A stretch of DNA of 63,799 nucleotides, filler included, from Platydemus manokwari (lineage: Eukaryota): assembly GCA_037951405.1 (NCBI GenBank). It is 5 parts of 5 records of this genome, joined end to end, with 100 filler letters (N's around TTAATTAATTAA, not from the genome) between each part and the next. Parts side by side here need not be neighbours in the genome. Positions count along the whole stretch, not along the records: positions 1 to 13,724 come from JBBMOY011634737.1; positions 13,825 to 23,700 come from JBBMOY011193988.1; 3 more parts are not named here. One strand, written 5' to 3'. Below the pieces are notes generated by a model. That model ran no database searches. It was not told the origin of the DNA and worked only from the letters and a program-made list of their open reading frames with translations. Numbering within the stretch: the first letter of the stretch is position 1; each line of letters begins with the position of its first letter. The position numbers were made by a program, and so were the translations under genes. Below, piece by piece: positions 1 to 13,869 of this stretch.

Positions 1-391
1 TTACTATGCAAAATGTACTTTAAATAAATAAATATTTTTCAAAAAAAACCGAAATTTTAAGGTTATACACCTAATATGACCATAATAATAATTGAAATAC
101 TTATTTATAGCTCGATGAATAATGTTGCAAAATTTATTTTGTATTTCTTTTTTAACTAAAGATAATATTAATATTATGTAAGGAATCTTGTCAATCTATC
201 ATCATAATGATACACGAAATGATCTTTTAACTAATTCATTTGTCATTTTGAATGAAAAGTTAAAATCTATTTTTATAATCTTAATATTGACATGCACATT
301 CAAATAATAATATCAAAATTATATTTCAACAAACTGATTAATTTAGTGTGTTCTTCGGATTTTATAATATACCTCATGTGTATTATCATAG

Positions 392-1489
392 ATATCTCCA
401 AATGGTGCTGCAAAAGCTTGTGGAAAATTATTAATAGGCGATAGAATAATTTCTATTAATGGCCATGATGTAACAAAAGCTACTCACGATGAGGCTATTT
501 TACATATTCTTCAAGCTAATAACGAAATTATACTCGAAGTCGTTCATGAACCTCCACCACCTGGTTTAAAGGTTGTCTGATGTATTGAGATTATATTGAT
601 TGTCACTTTCAATAAATAGGAAATTATTATTTACAAAGAAATTAACGATAAACTTGGTTTAAATATACACGGAGGAAACGATGGACTTCTAATGAATCCT
701 GACGACTTGAAAGATCGAGGAATTTTTATAACGAAAATAATCCCAGATAGTGCTGTACATAGAGACGGGCGACTCAAAGTGGGTGATAGATTAATTGAAG
801 TAAATCGAAGAAGTTTTATGGGTCTCAGTATTTCTGCGGCCAATAAAGTATATATTATTGGTTTCGATATATACATATCCAGTAATTAACATTGAATCAG
901 GTGTTGAGATCAGTTACAACTCAGTTTGACGTGTTGACATGTGATGGAGTATCTCCTGAAAAAATCGACCAAGTTCTTTCTTCTGCCAATACACATCCAA
1001 ATACTTTATCAATATCAGAATACAGAAGTTCGTCTTCACCATCGCCAGGAGTATGTTTAAATTGATATAAAAAATTCCATCTCCAAATATCTGTTTTATA
1101 TGATTAATAATGAGATTGATTTTTCATTTATTCATAAAAGGTGTCATCACATATCAACAAAAGCCCAACAAGCTCTATGCAAAATTCACCTCGATTGCAA
1201 GATGATATTGCTCACAATACTGAAAACAATAATTATGTTCGTATTTTGTTTGATATCTGTAAAATGAAATGATTTTCATCTATTTAATGGTTATTAGATA
1301 CCCAATAATCAAAAAATCCAAAACTTAATTAATGAACGAGAACATTTATCATTTCGATCGAAAAGATTATTTTTCGAAAAGGAAATTGAACAACGAAAAA
1401 GTAATATTATTTTTGATAATATATTGATTGAATTTTATTCGATTTGAAATGTAGGCCTCAATTGTACTTCACAGTTCATAGAATATTAA
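392..1489 (+). CDS. scrib: Scribble (LAP family) 3' part: end of PDZ3, PDZ4 and C-terminal tail; gene starts upstream of the window. Exons 392-571, 620-847, 901-1050, 1141-1236, 1298-1400, 1455-1489
   Basis: GT-AG joins keep frame: ISPNGAAKACGKLLIGDRIISINGHDVTKATHDEAI...HEPPPPGLK|EIIIYKEINDKLGLNIHGG...GIFITKIIPDSAVHRDGRLKVGDRLIEVN...|VLRSVTTQFDVLTCDG. The PPPG linker between the PDZs and the tail motif LSFRSKRLFFEKEI resemble Scribble PDZ3-PDZ4 and its C-terminal LSFRER..FE motif. The last exon is less certain. Confidence 0.88.
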
Positions 1490-4400
1490 ACATAATTGGA
1501 TGATGTGTTTATCTTGTAAATGGTTATTGTTAACTCCATATATTTATATTTATATTGATATATATACATACATATATTGATATGTGTATTTGCACGCAAA
1601 TATTATTTAATATTCGATGTTATCTGTTTCTAATTCCAGTTGATTAAGTTAAATACTATTTGTTTTTTTAAATCGTCTGAAAATGCTTCTACTCATTCTA
1701 ATATGTACTTTTCTCTTTGACATTCGATTAATTATATTTTACATTTTTTTACTAATAAATACATTCAAGAAAACAAAGATTGCGTTTCCTGGAAAAAAAA
1801 TAATAAACCAATTATTTTATCTTAAAGAATGCATTTCTCAATTGGATATCTAGATATTAAAATATGTTACTTAGATAGCACTGAATATTTGAAAGGATTG
1901 AGATGTTTTGTTTTATTTATTTTTGCAATGGGGTGTGTGTTATTTGGTATTGTGAATTGGAATGACTTATTTTTTACAGTTATTAAGTAACGAATGAAAG
2001 ATATTATTATTATTATTATTATTGAATATTTGATGGGTACATTTTAATTGTATTAAAGATTTTTATGGAAACAGTTTTGATTGTAATAAATGATACGGTA
2101 ACGAAATCCATTCATGATATGGTGTATATTGTCTGTTGGTTTCATATACTGATAGAAATATATGTCATCTCTTTTATAAATTTCTAATTTTTAGTTAGTT
2201 ATGCTTAAATGGTGAGTTATATTTGTGATTTTTCAATACTGTTACTCTCCATAATATTCAGAATTATTACTTTATTATATATTATTAAAATTATTTAACA
2301 TAGAAAATATTCAATTTATCTGGTTATCTCAATATTTTCCAACTATTCTCATAATAATTGATTTGTCTCTCCCAATATTTACTAGTGGATTTTTATATCT
2401 AAAATTTATAAACCTATGAATGTAAATTAAAATTGAATGTATATTTATATTATACAATGACAGACAAAGACATTTTTAAATCTTTGAAAGTTGCTTAAGG
2501 CTGTAAGCATTAAAAGTAATTAATTGATTGTAATTCTGCCAATAACGGTCTTGTAGTGTTTTCTACTAGTTGAACTTCGGAATCGGTATTATTTTATAAT
2601 TCTATCGTCGGTGGATTTCAGTCTAGTTCACAACCATGTACCTTTTATTAAATTAATATATATCTGATAGATCATCTATTTTTGAGTTATTATTTAGTTT
2701 TTCTTAAAACTTTAATTTTTTGTTGTAAAAACAGCCAACTAAAATAAGGATTTAACTTACAAATTAAATTTTCTCTTATTTGAAACTTTCATTAGCTGTT
2801 TTGTTGTTAAGATTTTAAAATAATGTGATATTTTCTTTATGACAAGACTAATTGGAGTAATATATGAAAACTTGATTAAAAATAATGATAAAAGAATTAT
2901 CCATTGCAGTGAATCACAGGAATTTCTCCATTTGCTGATCGAAACGCCAATGTTGGGATATATTAAGTGGTTTTAAGATTGAAATTAATCTCGAATTATT
3001 ATTTACGAGATCTATCTTTAATTATTCCATATGATTGACCGTTTTTGTTATTTCTTATTGAAAAGGATTTTTGAAATCACACGCCTATATACATGTATTG
3101 ATTTTTTGCATGATAAATTTCTATGAATAATTTAAAAATCGGATCTGAAATCTGTAATGGAAATGTCTATTGTTTTTGCTATCAAACCTGAAACATTATA
3201 TTGTTCATTTGAGTACTTTTTTGTCTCATATTTCTTGTCAAATTAAAGACTTCATTTATTTGATTTTCGACCTTTTATGTTTCAATATATTTTTTTTCTA
3301 ATTATAGCAATAAGAAATATTGGGTGAATTTCATTTGATAAAATATGAACTCTTGATATTTAATGATGATTAGAAACAAAATAAATTTTATTAGTATTTA
3401 GCAGTATGAAATTGATTTATTAATTTTTATCCAGATTAATCAATTCATTATTCTAAGTGAAAATTTCTGTTTCATCAATTCGATATTTTGAGCTCTGGTT
3501 GCCTTCACAAATAGATGCATGTGCAAATAGCACTCTATAGCTATGTTTTAGATCGATTGTAAATCTGAATACTACTGTGTCACTCATTTAATTATTGATA
3601 TTTAACGATTATTTAGTAATATTGCCATTATAGACCGAACATTGAGTTTTTGATGTTTTATATATATATATGCATATGTTGGACTATTCATATAATTTTA
3701 TGTCTCTTTTGAAATTTCGTTCCATTTTTATCTCTGAATATTATTGATTCATTGTTTTTAATTTGGTAAAAAAAATAATATTTTATTGAAAGTTTGATGA
3801 TTTAATCTATTTCTTGTAAATGTTTTCGAATTTATCGATGAGATATTTATGAAAGAGAAGATTATAGAATTAATGTCGACTCAGTTTGTTATGTTTATAT
3901 GAGTTGTTGTTCTAATGTGTAAATGTGGAATGGATTATTCTTTTTTCGATTCAAATCACTTCATATCATTAAACATATATACATATACACTATTTTATTG
4001 AGATCTAATCATTGGACGTTGAGTAATTGCTTGTTAATGTATTTGTTTGACATTGAATGGTGAACCTTATAAATTCTGTAATTGTCTTCGAATTTATCCA
4101 ATTGATTATGGCCGTGTTTTATAAAATATTTTCGTATGCATGGCTTATTGTAATAAACAGATTGATAGTTTATAATTCTTCACGTCAGCACCCAATGTCC
4201 TAAATCATTTACGCTTGATTTGGTGTTTTTATATTTTAATACCAATACAATAACTTTCGGCTTATTTTTTAATTTGTCTTATCATTTGCAAATTTTATTG
4301 AATTTCTAAATAATTCAGTTGTTAAATACTACAATTAGATTAAAATATGAATTAATACGATTAGTCATTCTTTGAGCTTCTTTTTTGATTTACTTAAACA

Positions 4401-5733
4401 AATTCCAACGAGTGGATCCTCTCTGAGGTGGATAGTTTCATACAAGTATAACCTAAACATGTTCATTATTTCTTTGATTCGATTCTTTCATATTTATAAA
4501 TAATTTATTAATTAAGCTGAGTGTTTTCTTCACTAAGAGAATCTCTTAATGATATATTATTTTTAAAATATTTCAACAATCAGTATGTCTAATATATAGT
4601 AATTGCAAGTCATTCTTGGTTAAATACTCTCCTCTAAAGATTCTGAATTTTCTAGGTAAAAAGTTTCTAAATATTATTATTGCTTATCAGAGATGATACT
4701 AGTTCATTCATTCGGTTAACAACCACATACATGTTTGTTTCGGTGTTCGTTCAATTTCATATTCGTGATTATAATTTGGGACGAGTAAAAATCTGCAATC
4801 CAATAATTACCTTACAAACTAACGATACATAAACATTGAATTAAGTATGTTAGACTCATCAAGTTATATTTGGATTTATAAGAATAATAATTATATTTTC
4901 ATATTGAACAACAATTTTAACTAACATGGGTCAAAATGGATCTCACTAAATTTGATATGTATAGTTTGTATAAGCTTTTAAAATGAAAATGCCATTTTGT
5001 GATCTAAATAGAATCACGTGATACAACATTATTTGATTATTGACTGGATTGGTAGCATGCCGGCAATTTCTGGTTTCAATCAATAATAGGCATTGCTGAT
5101 TAAATCTTTATATTAAGAAAATGTTTGTTAGTTGTTCTTAATTGAATAAATCAACTTACAATTTCAGCTATTATTTTCAAAAACTGTAAGCTTTTTATTG
5201 TAGATTTCCAAATCATCATTTATAACATTAAGTTAATATCTTTAGCTTTTCAGATAAAACTTAATATTTGTAGCCCATAATTCAAAAGATTTTTTATGAA
5301 TAGTGACTAAACATATTTCATGAAAATGCTTTTATTTATCAATTCGGCAGAAGTTACCCAGGAACAAATGAAATTAAATATGAAAGTATACGAAGATGAG
5401 ATACTGCTGCTAAACATTACATTTCTCTAACCATATCTTTGATAGTCTGTTTTTAATATTTTCTAACCCTCGAATGTTAATTATAAATTGACCAATTAGT
5501 GTAACAGGGTAGTTATTATGTTTAAGAAATATTAAGTATCTTTAACCAAAAGAAAGCCTCAGATATATAATAAAAATTCATATTGATCAATTAACAAATC
5601 GAAATTTATAAATCGTCAGAGAAATAATGTTTATCGGGTAATTTTAAATAATTCAACATACATATGAATATTTTTGAAGTTCAAAACATTTATCATTACA
5701 TTTAAAATTTTTAAATGAAAAATTTATATTCAG

Positions 5734-7042
5734 TTCAAAAGTCAGTATCATCGATAATTTCAAATTCATTAAAAGGAGAAGACTTTAAATATCAGGAAAC
5801 TGTGACAATATTAAAGAATGGATCTACATTAGGTTTGACGCTTTGTGGTGGATTAGATAATTGTTCTCATCCATTTGGAATAAATGATCCCGGGATTTTT
5901 ATTTCAAAAGTATGTGAATCGTGATCATGAACATTTGTAAATATTTTTTAACCTAATTTAATTGTTTAGTTATTTAATCAAATTATCCAAACAAAATCCT
6001 TTTAGAAAATTATTACACGACAACATATATTTTACAAGAAAATTAAATTATAGACATTATTGCTGATAATGTCTACGAATGAGATAAAATGAATAACTTA
6101 CATAAAACAGAAAAAATTACTATCAATGTTATGATTAATAAATGCCATATTTCTCATATCAATTTAATAAGTGTATAACAAAAACAAAACAAACTTTTAA
6201 TATTTTATAAATTGACCTTACAATTAGATGGTCAAAAATACAATTTAAATCTCATTTGACAAAAACATTACTATATAAATTTATAATAAAATTATAAAAT
6301 AATAGTACTAGGTTTGATAATAATTAAAATCTCATGATAAGAACTTAACATTTCCACATAAAACATCCAACTATTTTTAATATTAAATTAATTCACTTGA
6401 TTTAATGTCAAAATTTGCATGTTCTCATAGATATCTTCAAATGGTGCTGCAAAAGCTTGTGGAAAATTATTTATAGGTGATAGAATTATCTCTATTAATG
6501 GCCATGATGTAACAAAAGCTACTCACGATGAAGCTATTTTACATATTCTTCAAGCTAATAACGAAATATTGCTCGAAGTCGTTCATGAACCTCCACCACC
6601 TGGTTTAAAGGTTGCCTGGTGTATTGAGATTATATTGATTGTCATTTTCAATAAATAGGAAATTATTATTTACAAAGAAATTAACAATAAACTTGGCTTA
6701 AATATACACGGAGGAAACGATGGACTTTTAATGAATCCTGACGACTTGAAAGATCGAGGAATTTTTATAACGAAAATAATCCCAGATAGCATTGTGCATA
6801 TGGATGGTCGACTCAAAGTGGGTGATCGATTAATTGAAGTAAATCGAAGAAGTTTTATGGATCTCAGTATTTATGCTGCTTATAAGGTACATCTTAATTT
6901 TTTTAAACGATTAACACTGAAATAGGTTTTAGGCTCAGTAACAACTCAATTTGAAGTTCTAACATGTGATGGAATATCTCCAGAAATAATAAACCAAATT
7001 CTTTCTTCTACCGATCAACACCAGAACACTTTCAATATATAA
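5734..7042 (+). CDS. Truncated tandem duplicate of Scribble PDZ3-PDZ4 (exons 5734-5909, 6431-6610, 6659-6886, 6926-7042); 5' end not identified; possible pseudogene
   Basis: ETVTILKNGSTLGLTLCGGLDNCSHPFGINDPGIFISK|ISSNGAAKACGK...; exons near-identical to 392-847. The last exon ends ...QNTFNI* after a small deletion relative to copy 1 (actttatcaatatca vs actttcaatata). Confidence 0.8.
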
Positions 7043-7636
7043 ATTTTTTATGAATTGATTTTAAAATATTTTCAATTTGTTATTATAGCCTGTAACCAAT
7101 TGAGGTGTTTGAAAAGTTTATACATGATATTTATTTCTCATAATTTATATAACCTAAAAAGACCAGATACCTAAAAAATATTAAATAATAATTTAACATA
7201 ATAACTGACATTATATTAAATATCCCAATAGACAATAAAAACGTTGCTCATTTAATCGACAATAAGTTATTAAAATATTCTTCCATGTCAATTCACAATA
7301 TACTCAAAAATAAATTATTAAATAAGCCAAACATCATTAAAAATAATATAATTAATTGTAATTCCTTATCAAGTTCATAGCACTTAAAACCAACGAAAGA
7401 TCCGTAAAGGGTTCCTCTTTTAAACAATACCCAACGTAATCTTTACACTGACAAAGTCATATATTAGCAAACATAAAACATTCAATGATAATTCTGTTGT
7501 TAAAAGTTATCAAAATAATATTTGCTTAAATTCATTACTTTTCAATAAAACCATAAACACGTCAAATCTATAAAATAATACAATGCGATTACAAAAAACT
7601 TAAATGGAAAAAAAAATAAATAACAATCTCTTATAT

Positions 7637-8498
7637 TCAAGACATAGATTCATCATTGAATACAATTTTACCCCCAAGAGCACCCTCTCTGATAATTACA
7701 GGTTTCAAAGCAAATCGTGGACCTAAAACAAATTATACTGAATATAATGTCACAAATTTTCCATTACCAATTTCATCTATACAATTAAATTTGACATTGA
7801 TCTGATAATGGCGAACCCAAATTCGATTAGCCAACAATGTGAAAGTCATAATACGATCGCAAACGTTTTTGGTTTTCTTATTTTCTAATGGAGTTGAAAA
7901 TAATTCAATAAGAAAATTTTTGGCAATTTTCCATTGATTTTCAGTTGTTTCATCATCAAAATTTGAACTAAATGATAAGATAGCTTTACTGCCATTCAAA
8001 CAGTCTCCTTCTAATTTAAGTTCAGCAATTGAATAGATATTATCTAATAAGAATTTTAACGATGGTCCATTTTTCGATTCATTCGAAATCCACATAAAGA
8101 TATTATCTTTACTGTTCGGGTTTTCTTCAAAAATAACTAGCTATATAATATATATTTTCATAAAAATCAATTTAAACTATAATTCAGCGTATTTAGCGAA
8201 CATAAAAATAATTAGAAATTTTACCTTATTTATGTTTCTTTCTTCACACTTTTCTTTGATTTCTATATAACCATTTTCAGGCAAGAATTTATTTAGCGTT
8301 TTAATATAAGGCATTATATCAAGTAAATCTTTCATAAGATGTCTACCTAAAAATGTTATGTCTCGACTAGCAGCAAAAAGAATTTTTTCTGATTCATTCG
8401 ATTTTTCTGTCACCACGATACTGTCTAATATCTAAATATTAAATATTTATAATTATTAAATCGTAACCATTTAATTTTTTTTTAGCTTCTTTAACCAT
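7637..8498 (-). CDS. brix1: Brix-domain ribosome biogenesis protein, BRX1-like (divergent), about 229 aa; exons 8498-8468, 8424-8225, 8140-7768, 7722-7637
   Basis: KILFAASRDITFLGRHLMKDLLDIMP, MWISN...GPSLKFLLDNIYSIAELKLEGDCLNGS, RIWVRHYQI and EIG|PRFALK match BRX1 motifs (RHLM.DL..LMP, GPS.KF, RIWFR.YQI, EIGPRF). GT-AG introns of 43, 84 and 45 nt restore the frame. Confidence 0.88.
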
Positions 8499-10069
8499 AA
8501 TTATTTGAAAAATTATATGTAATAAATATTCAAACAAAGTTAGTTATTAATTATCTTAATGTAAATAAAATATGAAATTAATAAACTTCTAAGTTATTTG
8601 TGCTAGTGTTTCACTATTTTTATTATAATTTTTTGTATAACTCATATTTTTAAAAGTTACATATATTACAGTATATATTATGAATTTAATTTTACTAATG
8701 TTTTTGATATCATTATTTCAATGTATGAAAATGTAACCTCTTAAAGTGACAATGAAATAATAAATCCATTAATTAAAATCTTGCATATTAAGTTTTTTAG
8801 AATTTTATTATTTTGATTATTTAATAAATAAAATTTATTATTACCACGAGTATACATTGTATTGCTAATGTATTTTACGAAATTAATTCATGTTGTGATT
8901 GTTATAGTTTTATTTATTCAGATTTACTTTCAACTTATTTCTCAATGGTACATTTTACAGCAAAACTTAACTTTCCTGCAACACATGAATACTTGAGAAG
9001 TAATTTCAACCGAAATTCTAAATTAACTTGAATTTGAAAATAATTGAAAAAATAATTATAAAGAACAAAATATAGTAATTCTTATACCAGTTCAATACTT
9101 TGCTACGATCATGTCTAGTGTTGTATTCCTGTTAGTTTAAATTTAGTTCACTCTAAAATACACTCGGCCAATGTTAAGACAGTTAGTTTATTTCTGGCAG
9201 TCCGTGAAACGTATTCTACAATAATTTAAGACAAATTCAGTCATTTACTAATAATAGCGAACTCTATTTATTCACACATTAGAGTACTTATTAACATTTA
9301 ATTATCATTAATTGTCTGATTAAACTCTACTGTGACTGTAGTTTTAAGGTATCTGAGCTTTAATCATCAAAGATCTTACTTCCTTCAGTTAGCTAGGCTG
9401 CATAGATTATAAATACAATAGTTGTTTAAGATAAATAAATTACAAGAACCAATATGCAATGTCTTGATTTCAATCACAAAATCATTACTGGTTTAAAAAT
9501 TACTTTTACCAAAACTAATGTTAGAAGGTAACAATATATTAAAGAAATGAAACTATTGAAATTTAAAAGAAAATGCTTACCTGTTAAGTTGGTTTCTGGT
9601 ACATTGTATTTAATATACATTGAAATAACAATTAATAATAATCAATAACGACATGGATGTTAAGTTACAGAAATTTTACATAATTGACTATAATTAAATT
9701 AGTAACGGGCCAAAGATAACAAAATGTGTCAAGAAAATAAAAATTATAACATCAAGACGAATTGAAAAAAATGATAAATAAAAATAGTAACCCACTCCCA
9801 AATAAATTTGAATAACTTAATTAATCTTTAACCCATTATTTTAACTTTTCCTTTTGTAAGAGGTTGTGGTTTTTGCGAGGGAATTCTTTCAATACTTGGA
9901 TGGTCCTTTATTTCCAAGATGATTAATCAAATTGTGTTTAACTTCATTGATTATAATCAGAACCACGAAGCTAGGGAACATGGAATAATACATGTATTAT
10001 AAAGCAATTATAAGCAAAGCATTTATGATAATTTTAGATTTTTCATCAGTAATGACATATACTTTAGGA

Positions 10070-10463
10070 CAGAGTTTCTCAGCCTTTTTCTATGGCGACC
10101 CATTTCTCCATTTTAAGATCGTGGTGACCCCATAGAAAATCATTATTACTAAAAATAAGTCATAACTCACCATATTTAATAAAACCAATTTGCAAAATTT
10201 CATTGATTTACAACAAGTAATGAATTACCGATAATAATAAGATTATCAGATAATAATATTACCTATAGAATACTTAACTGTAGTAGTCAAGGTAAATTTG
10301 AACAGAAGTAGTTCAATCAGCATCACAAACTATTTATTTAACAGCATTATAAAACACGAATTTTCACACGCAATGGTCTGTACACCTACCATGATTCGGC
10401 AACCCCTTTAAAAAAGCTTGGCAACCCCATTTGGGGTCGCGGCCTCGGGGTTGAGAACCACTG
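10070..10463. mobile_element. Non-autonomous hAT (Buster/Charlie-type) MITE
   Basis: Left end CAGAGTTTCTCAGCC and right end GGTTGAGAACCACTG form imperfect TIRs. Subterminal GCGACCC/GCAACCCC motifs. 8-bp flanks ctttagga and ctttacaa match at 6/8, as expected for a hAT 8-bp TSD. Confidence 0.8.
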
Positions 10464-12859
10464 CTTTACAAATCTTGTGATATATAATATTATTAATGTT
10501 ATTCATTATTCCCATTTCCCTTTTCAAGAATCGGTATAGGATAAAAACTTTCAAACAATTAATTGTATTAACCCTTAAACATTAGTTGCTTCTTTCTCCT
10601 TAGGAAATCTTTCATAATCAACATATTATTTAGTGTATAATTTATAAAATAATGTTATTATTAGTTAAAAACTGTACTTCAATCAATAGGAGTCTTAGTT
10701 AAAATTTAAATATTTTTATTGCATTGAATTAACTAAAGTCCGAATCTTCTTTATAATATGCATTATTGCAAAAACAAAAACAAAGTAAGACCTCGAAATA
10801 ACCTTCAAAATCTTCAATAGATAATCAAGTGCCTTCAAAAATACAAATCCGCAAACAGAATTCGATAATCAATTGGCGCACATCAATAAAAGTCAACAAA
10901 TCACAAGATAAGCCAATGGGACGAGAGTTATAAGAATGTATTAATAAGCTAGTATATAAGCTGTTTAACGAAATAAAGAAAATAAAGCTAGCAAGTAAAT
11001 ACACATGAAAAATCTATAAAAGGAGTTGAATTTCGGAAGCAATTACCAGTCTTTCATGGACGGAAATTTTCTATTTTTCTTATTTTTTGTATGGTCAATC
11101 TTCTATGGTTGTTATTTCTACCTCTGTTCTATTATTGACTTTATTTTGGAAGTGTGATTTAGAGTGCTAGTGTTGACAAATTGACTTTCAAATGTAACTT
11201 GTGTTTATAATTACAATTTGGAAAATCCAGCGTGGTAAATTAATATATTCCGTCCAAGGTAAATTTTGATTTAAAAAAGTAAAATATTAAAAAGAACTAA
11301 AAATTTACAAAAATTTATTGAATCAAACACAACCAATTAGACTATGATTTACTTTCGTCATCACTCACAATAAGTCGATTTTAAATGTTAAGGGGAATAT
11401 TTGTAAATTATTCAATCTAGACAAGCCAATTTGAAGTCATTTCGTGAATTCAAATTCGCTAAAGATTTGAATTTTAAGTGGATGCTAATCTTAAATGAAC
11501 CAATTTACTGGTGAGATTTTCAGTTAAGGTGATCAGGATATAACATTTTAATTTGCATTTATCCTCGAATTGAAATGTTTTTCACTTATGGAGTTTCCCG
11601 ACTCTCTGGTAGTTGATAAAAGCAACTTAGATGTTGATATAAAGAAAAATTTCCACATGATTTCAGACAAAGGAGACTGATTTTTTGTTCATCATCAAAC
11701 AGTTATTGAAATAATTTAATTGAAAGATATATTAACCTTCAAATATCAAACTTAATAGCTTAATAACATAAGTGGTTCAGTTAAAGTAATTGCACACAAC
11801 TTGCAGACACAGAAATAAAATTTTAGTGGGCGTTTAATTTTTTAAAGCAAAAAGACAATGGATTGAAATAGCTGATTGTATTTTGTCATATTTGGCTTTG
11901 TATATCAGACAACATTTGGAAAGTGTTGACGTTGATCAATAATATACTGCAAAAGTGAACAAAACAAAATTTGGTAGAAACTTAAAAGTTTACTGAATCA
12001 TGCATGTAAAAATCATTAATAAAAAGAATTATGTGATTAGGAGCAATTATATTAGAAGCAAATTAGTACGATTATGATAAGATTAACATTGAGAGATGAC
12101 AATTTAAATTGGAGAAAATGACTCAGCAATAATCTACTGAGGTAAATGTTAAGAAATAAAAATAGCCTTATAAAAGTATTAAAATATTCAAAGAAAGGCA
12201 ATTAAATAATGATTGTATTTGATATAATTATAAATTTTAATTTCTTTGTTCGTCGAATCGAATAGTTCACCTATGATCATATTCTACCTGATGCTTGAAA
12301 GTATAGATAATTAAAATGCGGTAAATACAATACGTGTTGATAATATAATTGCTAGAATAAAAATCTAGGCAAACTTGCAACCACCCTGAAGGATTTGGTT
12401 CGTAGAGTGATAATTTTGAATTGTTAAGTTCTTCAATATATTTTATTTCCAATGTATTCTTATTTATAATTATTTATAAATCTTTCCATATCCTTATTTT
12501 GTGTCGGTTTAGTTTTTAAAACATCAATCTCTCTGTATCTAATTTCGGATTTGATCAATAATTCAATGTTTTAAGTACCATAAAATCAAATGAGAAGAAA
12601 TCATTACAAATATGTTTTACGGCTTTTGAAATTTTACTGTCTAAAAATGGTCTCTAATTTCCAAATGATATTGTATGTTATTTATAATTTTATAATTAAC
12701 CTGATTATTATAATTAAGCAATTTTTGCCTGAAATATGTAACTTCAGAAAGGAGCCGTGTGTGAGTATTGATTAATTTTATATATTTATTAGGCACATTC
12801 ATATAAGAAAAACTAAGAAAAAAATAAGAATCAGTAAAATGAAAGTAAATATATATATA

Positions 12860-13724
12860 CAGGGTGTCCCAAACTCGAGTGAACGTTTTTAAATAAATTT
12901 TTGTTTTTTAAAAATTAAAGAATTAAGGCCAAATGACCAATTATACGGTAGGACAAAGAATAAAAATTGTAGAATTATTTTATGCATCTAATAAATCAAT
13001 ATCAATTACACAAAGAAGATATATTGATCATTTCAATGCAACTACCACTCCCTGTGGAAATATGATCAGAGGCCTGATTAGACGTTTTGAACAATTTGGA
13101 ACTGTGGCTAACAAAAAAAGAGGAAATATAAAAAGAATTATTAGGAATGATGAAAATATTGAAGCTGTAAAAAACAGTGTGACTAACAATCCTTTACAGT
13201 CTATTCGTAGGAGATGCTCTAGCCTAGGCATTACAAAATCATCAATGGAAAGAATTTTAAAATCGGATCTAAAGCTTTTTCCTTATAAGATCCAGTCAAC
13301 GCAGGCGTTGTTACCAAGGGATTCGGAACAGCGCTTGCAATATTCTACTCGTTTTTTAGATATGAATAGGAGTGAGGAAAATTTTATGGAAAACCTTATA
13401 ATGAGTGATGAAGCCCATTTTCATTTAAATGGATATGCAAACAAACAAAATTGTAGGGTTTGGGGAACAGGAAACCCAAGAATTGTTCAACAACGTCAAT
13501 TTCATCCCATCAGATGCACGGTATGGTGTGGAATAATGGCCAATAGAATTATTGGACCTTACTTCTTTGAAGATGAAAACGAGAATCCGCTTACAGTAAC
13601 CGGAGAGTTATATCGAAATATGATCAACAATTATTTAAGGCCTAAAGTTGCTGATAATCCGGAGGTTTGGTTTCAACAAGATGGGGCAACAGCTCATACG
13701 TCAGGTGCAACAATTTCTTTGCTT
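12860..13724 (+). mobile_element. Tc1/mariner superfamily transposon (rosa/DD41D-like); 5' TIR and transposase ORF 12933-13724, cut by an assembly gap
   Basis: TA target followed by TIR CAGGGTGTCCC. 264 uninterrupted codons with an N-terminal HTH, MSDEAHFHLNGYANKQNCRVWG, VWCGI...IIGPYFFE and WFQQDGATAHT (first two catalytic Asp). Confidence 0.93.
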
Positions 13725-13824
13725 NNNNNNNNNNNNNNNNNNNNNNNNNNNNNNNNNNNNNNNNNNNNTTAATTAATTAANNNNNNNNNNNNNNNNNNNN
13801 NNNNNNNNNNNNNNNNNNNNNNNN
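13725..13824. other. Assembly gap spacer (N44-TTAATTAATTAA-N44)
   Basis: The same 100-nt construct recurs four times; TTAATTAATTAA puts stops in all six frames. Confidence 0.97.
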
Positions 13825-13869
13825 TTGTTAAGTTTAATCGTGATTTCCTTTTTTGAAATTTACATTTAG

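Noticed and set aside
2563-2628. Imperfect inverted repeat (ACTAGTTGAA...TTCAGTCTAGT)
   Set aside because: Pairing is weak and expected by chance in AT-rich DNA.
9581-9653. Minus-strand mini-exon ending in a strong GTAAGC donor
   Set aside because: No convincing downstream exon or homology.
13769-13780. TTAATTAATTAA palindrome repeated four times at gap centres
   Set aside because: Artificial scaffolding linker flanked by fixed N runs; not biological.
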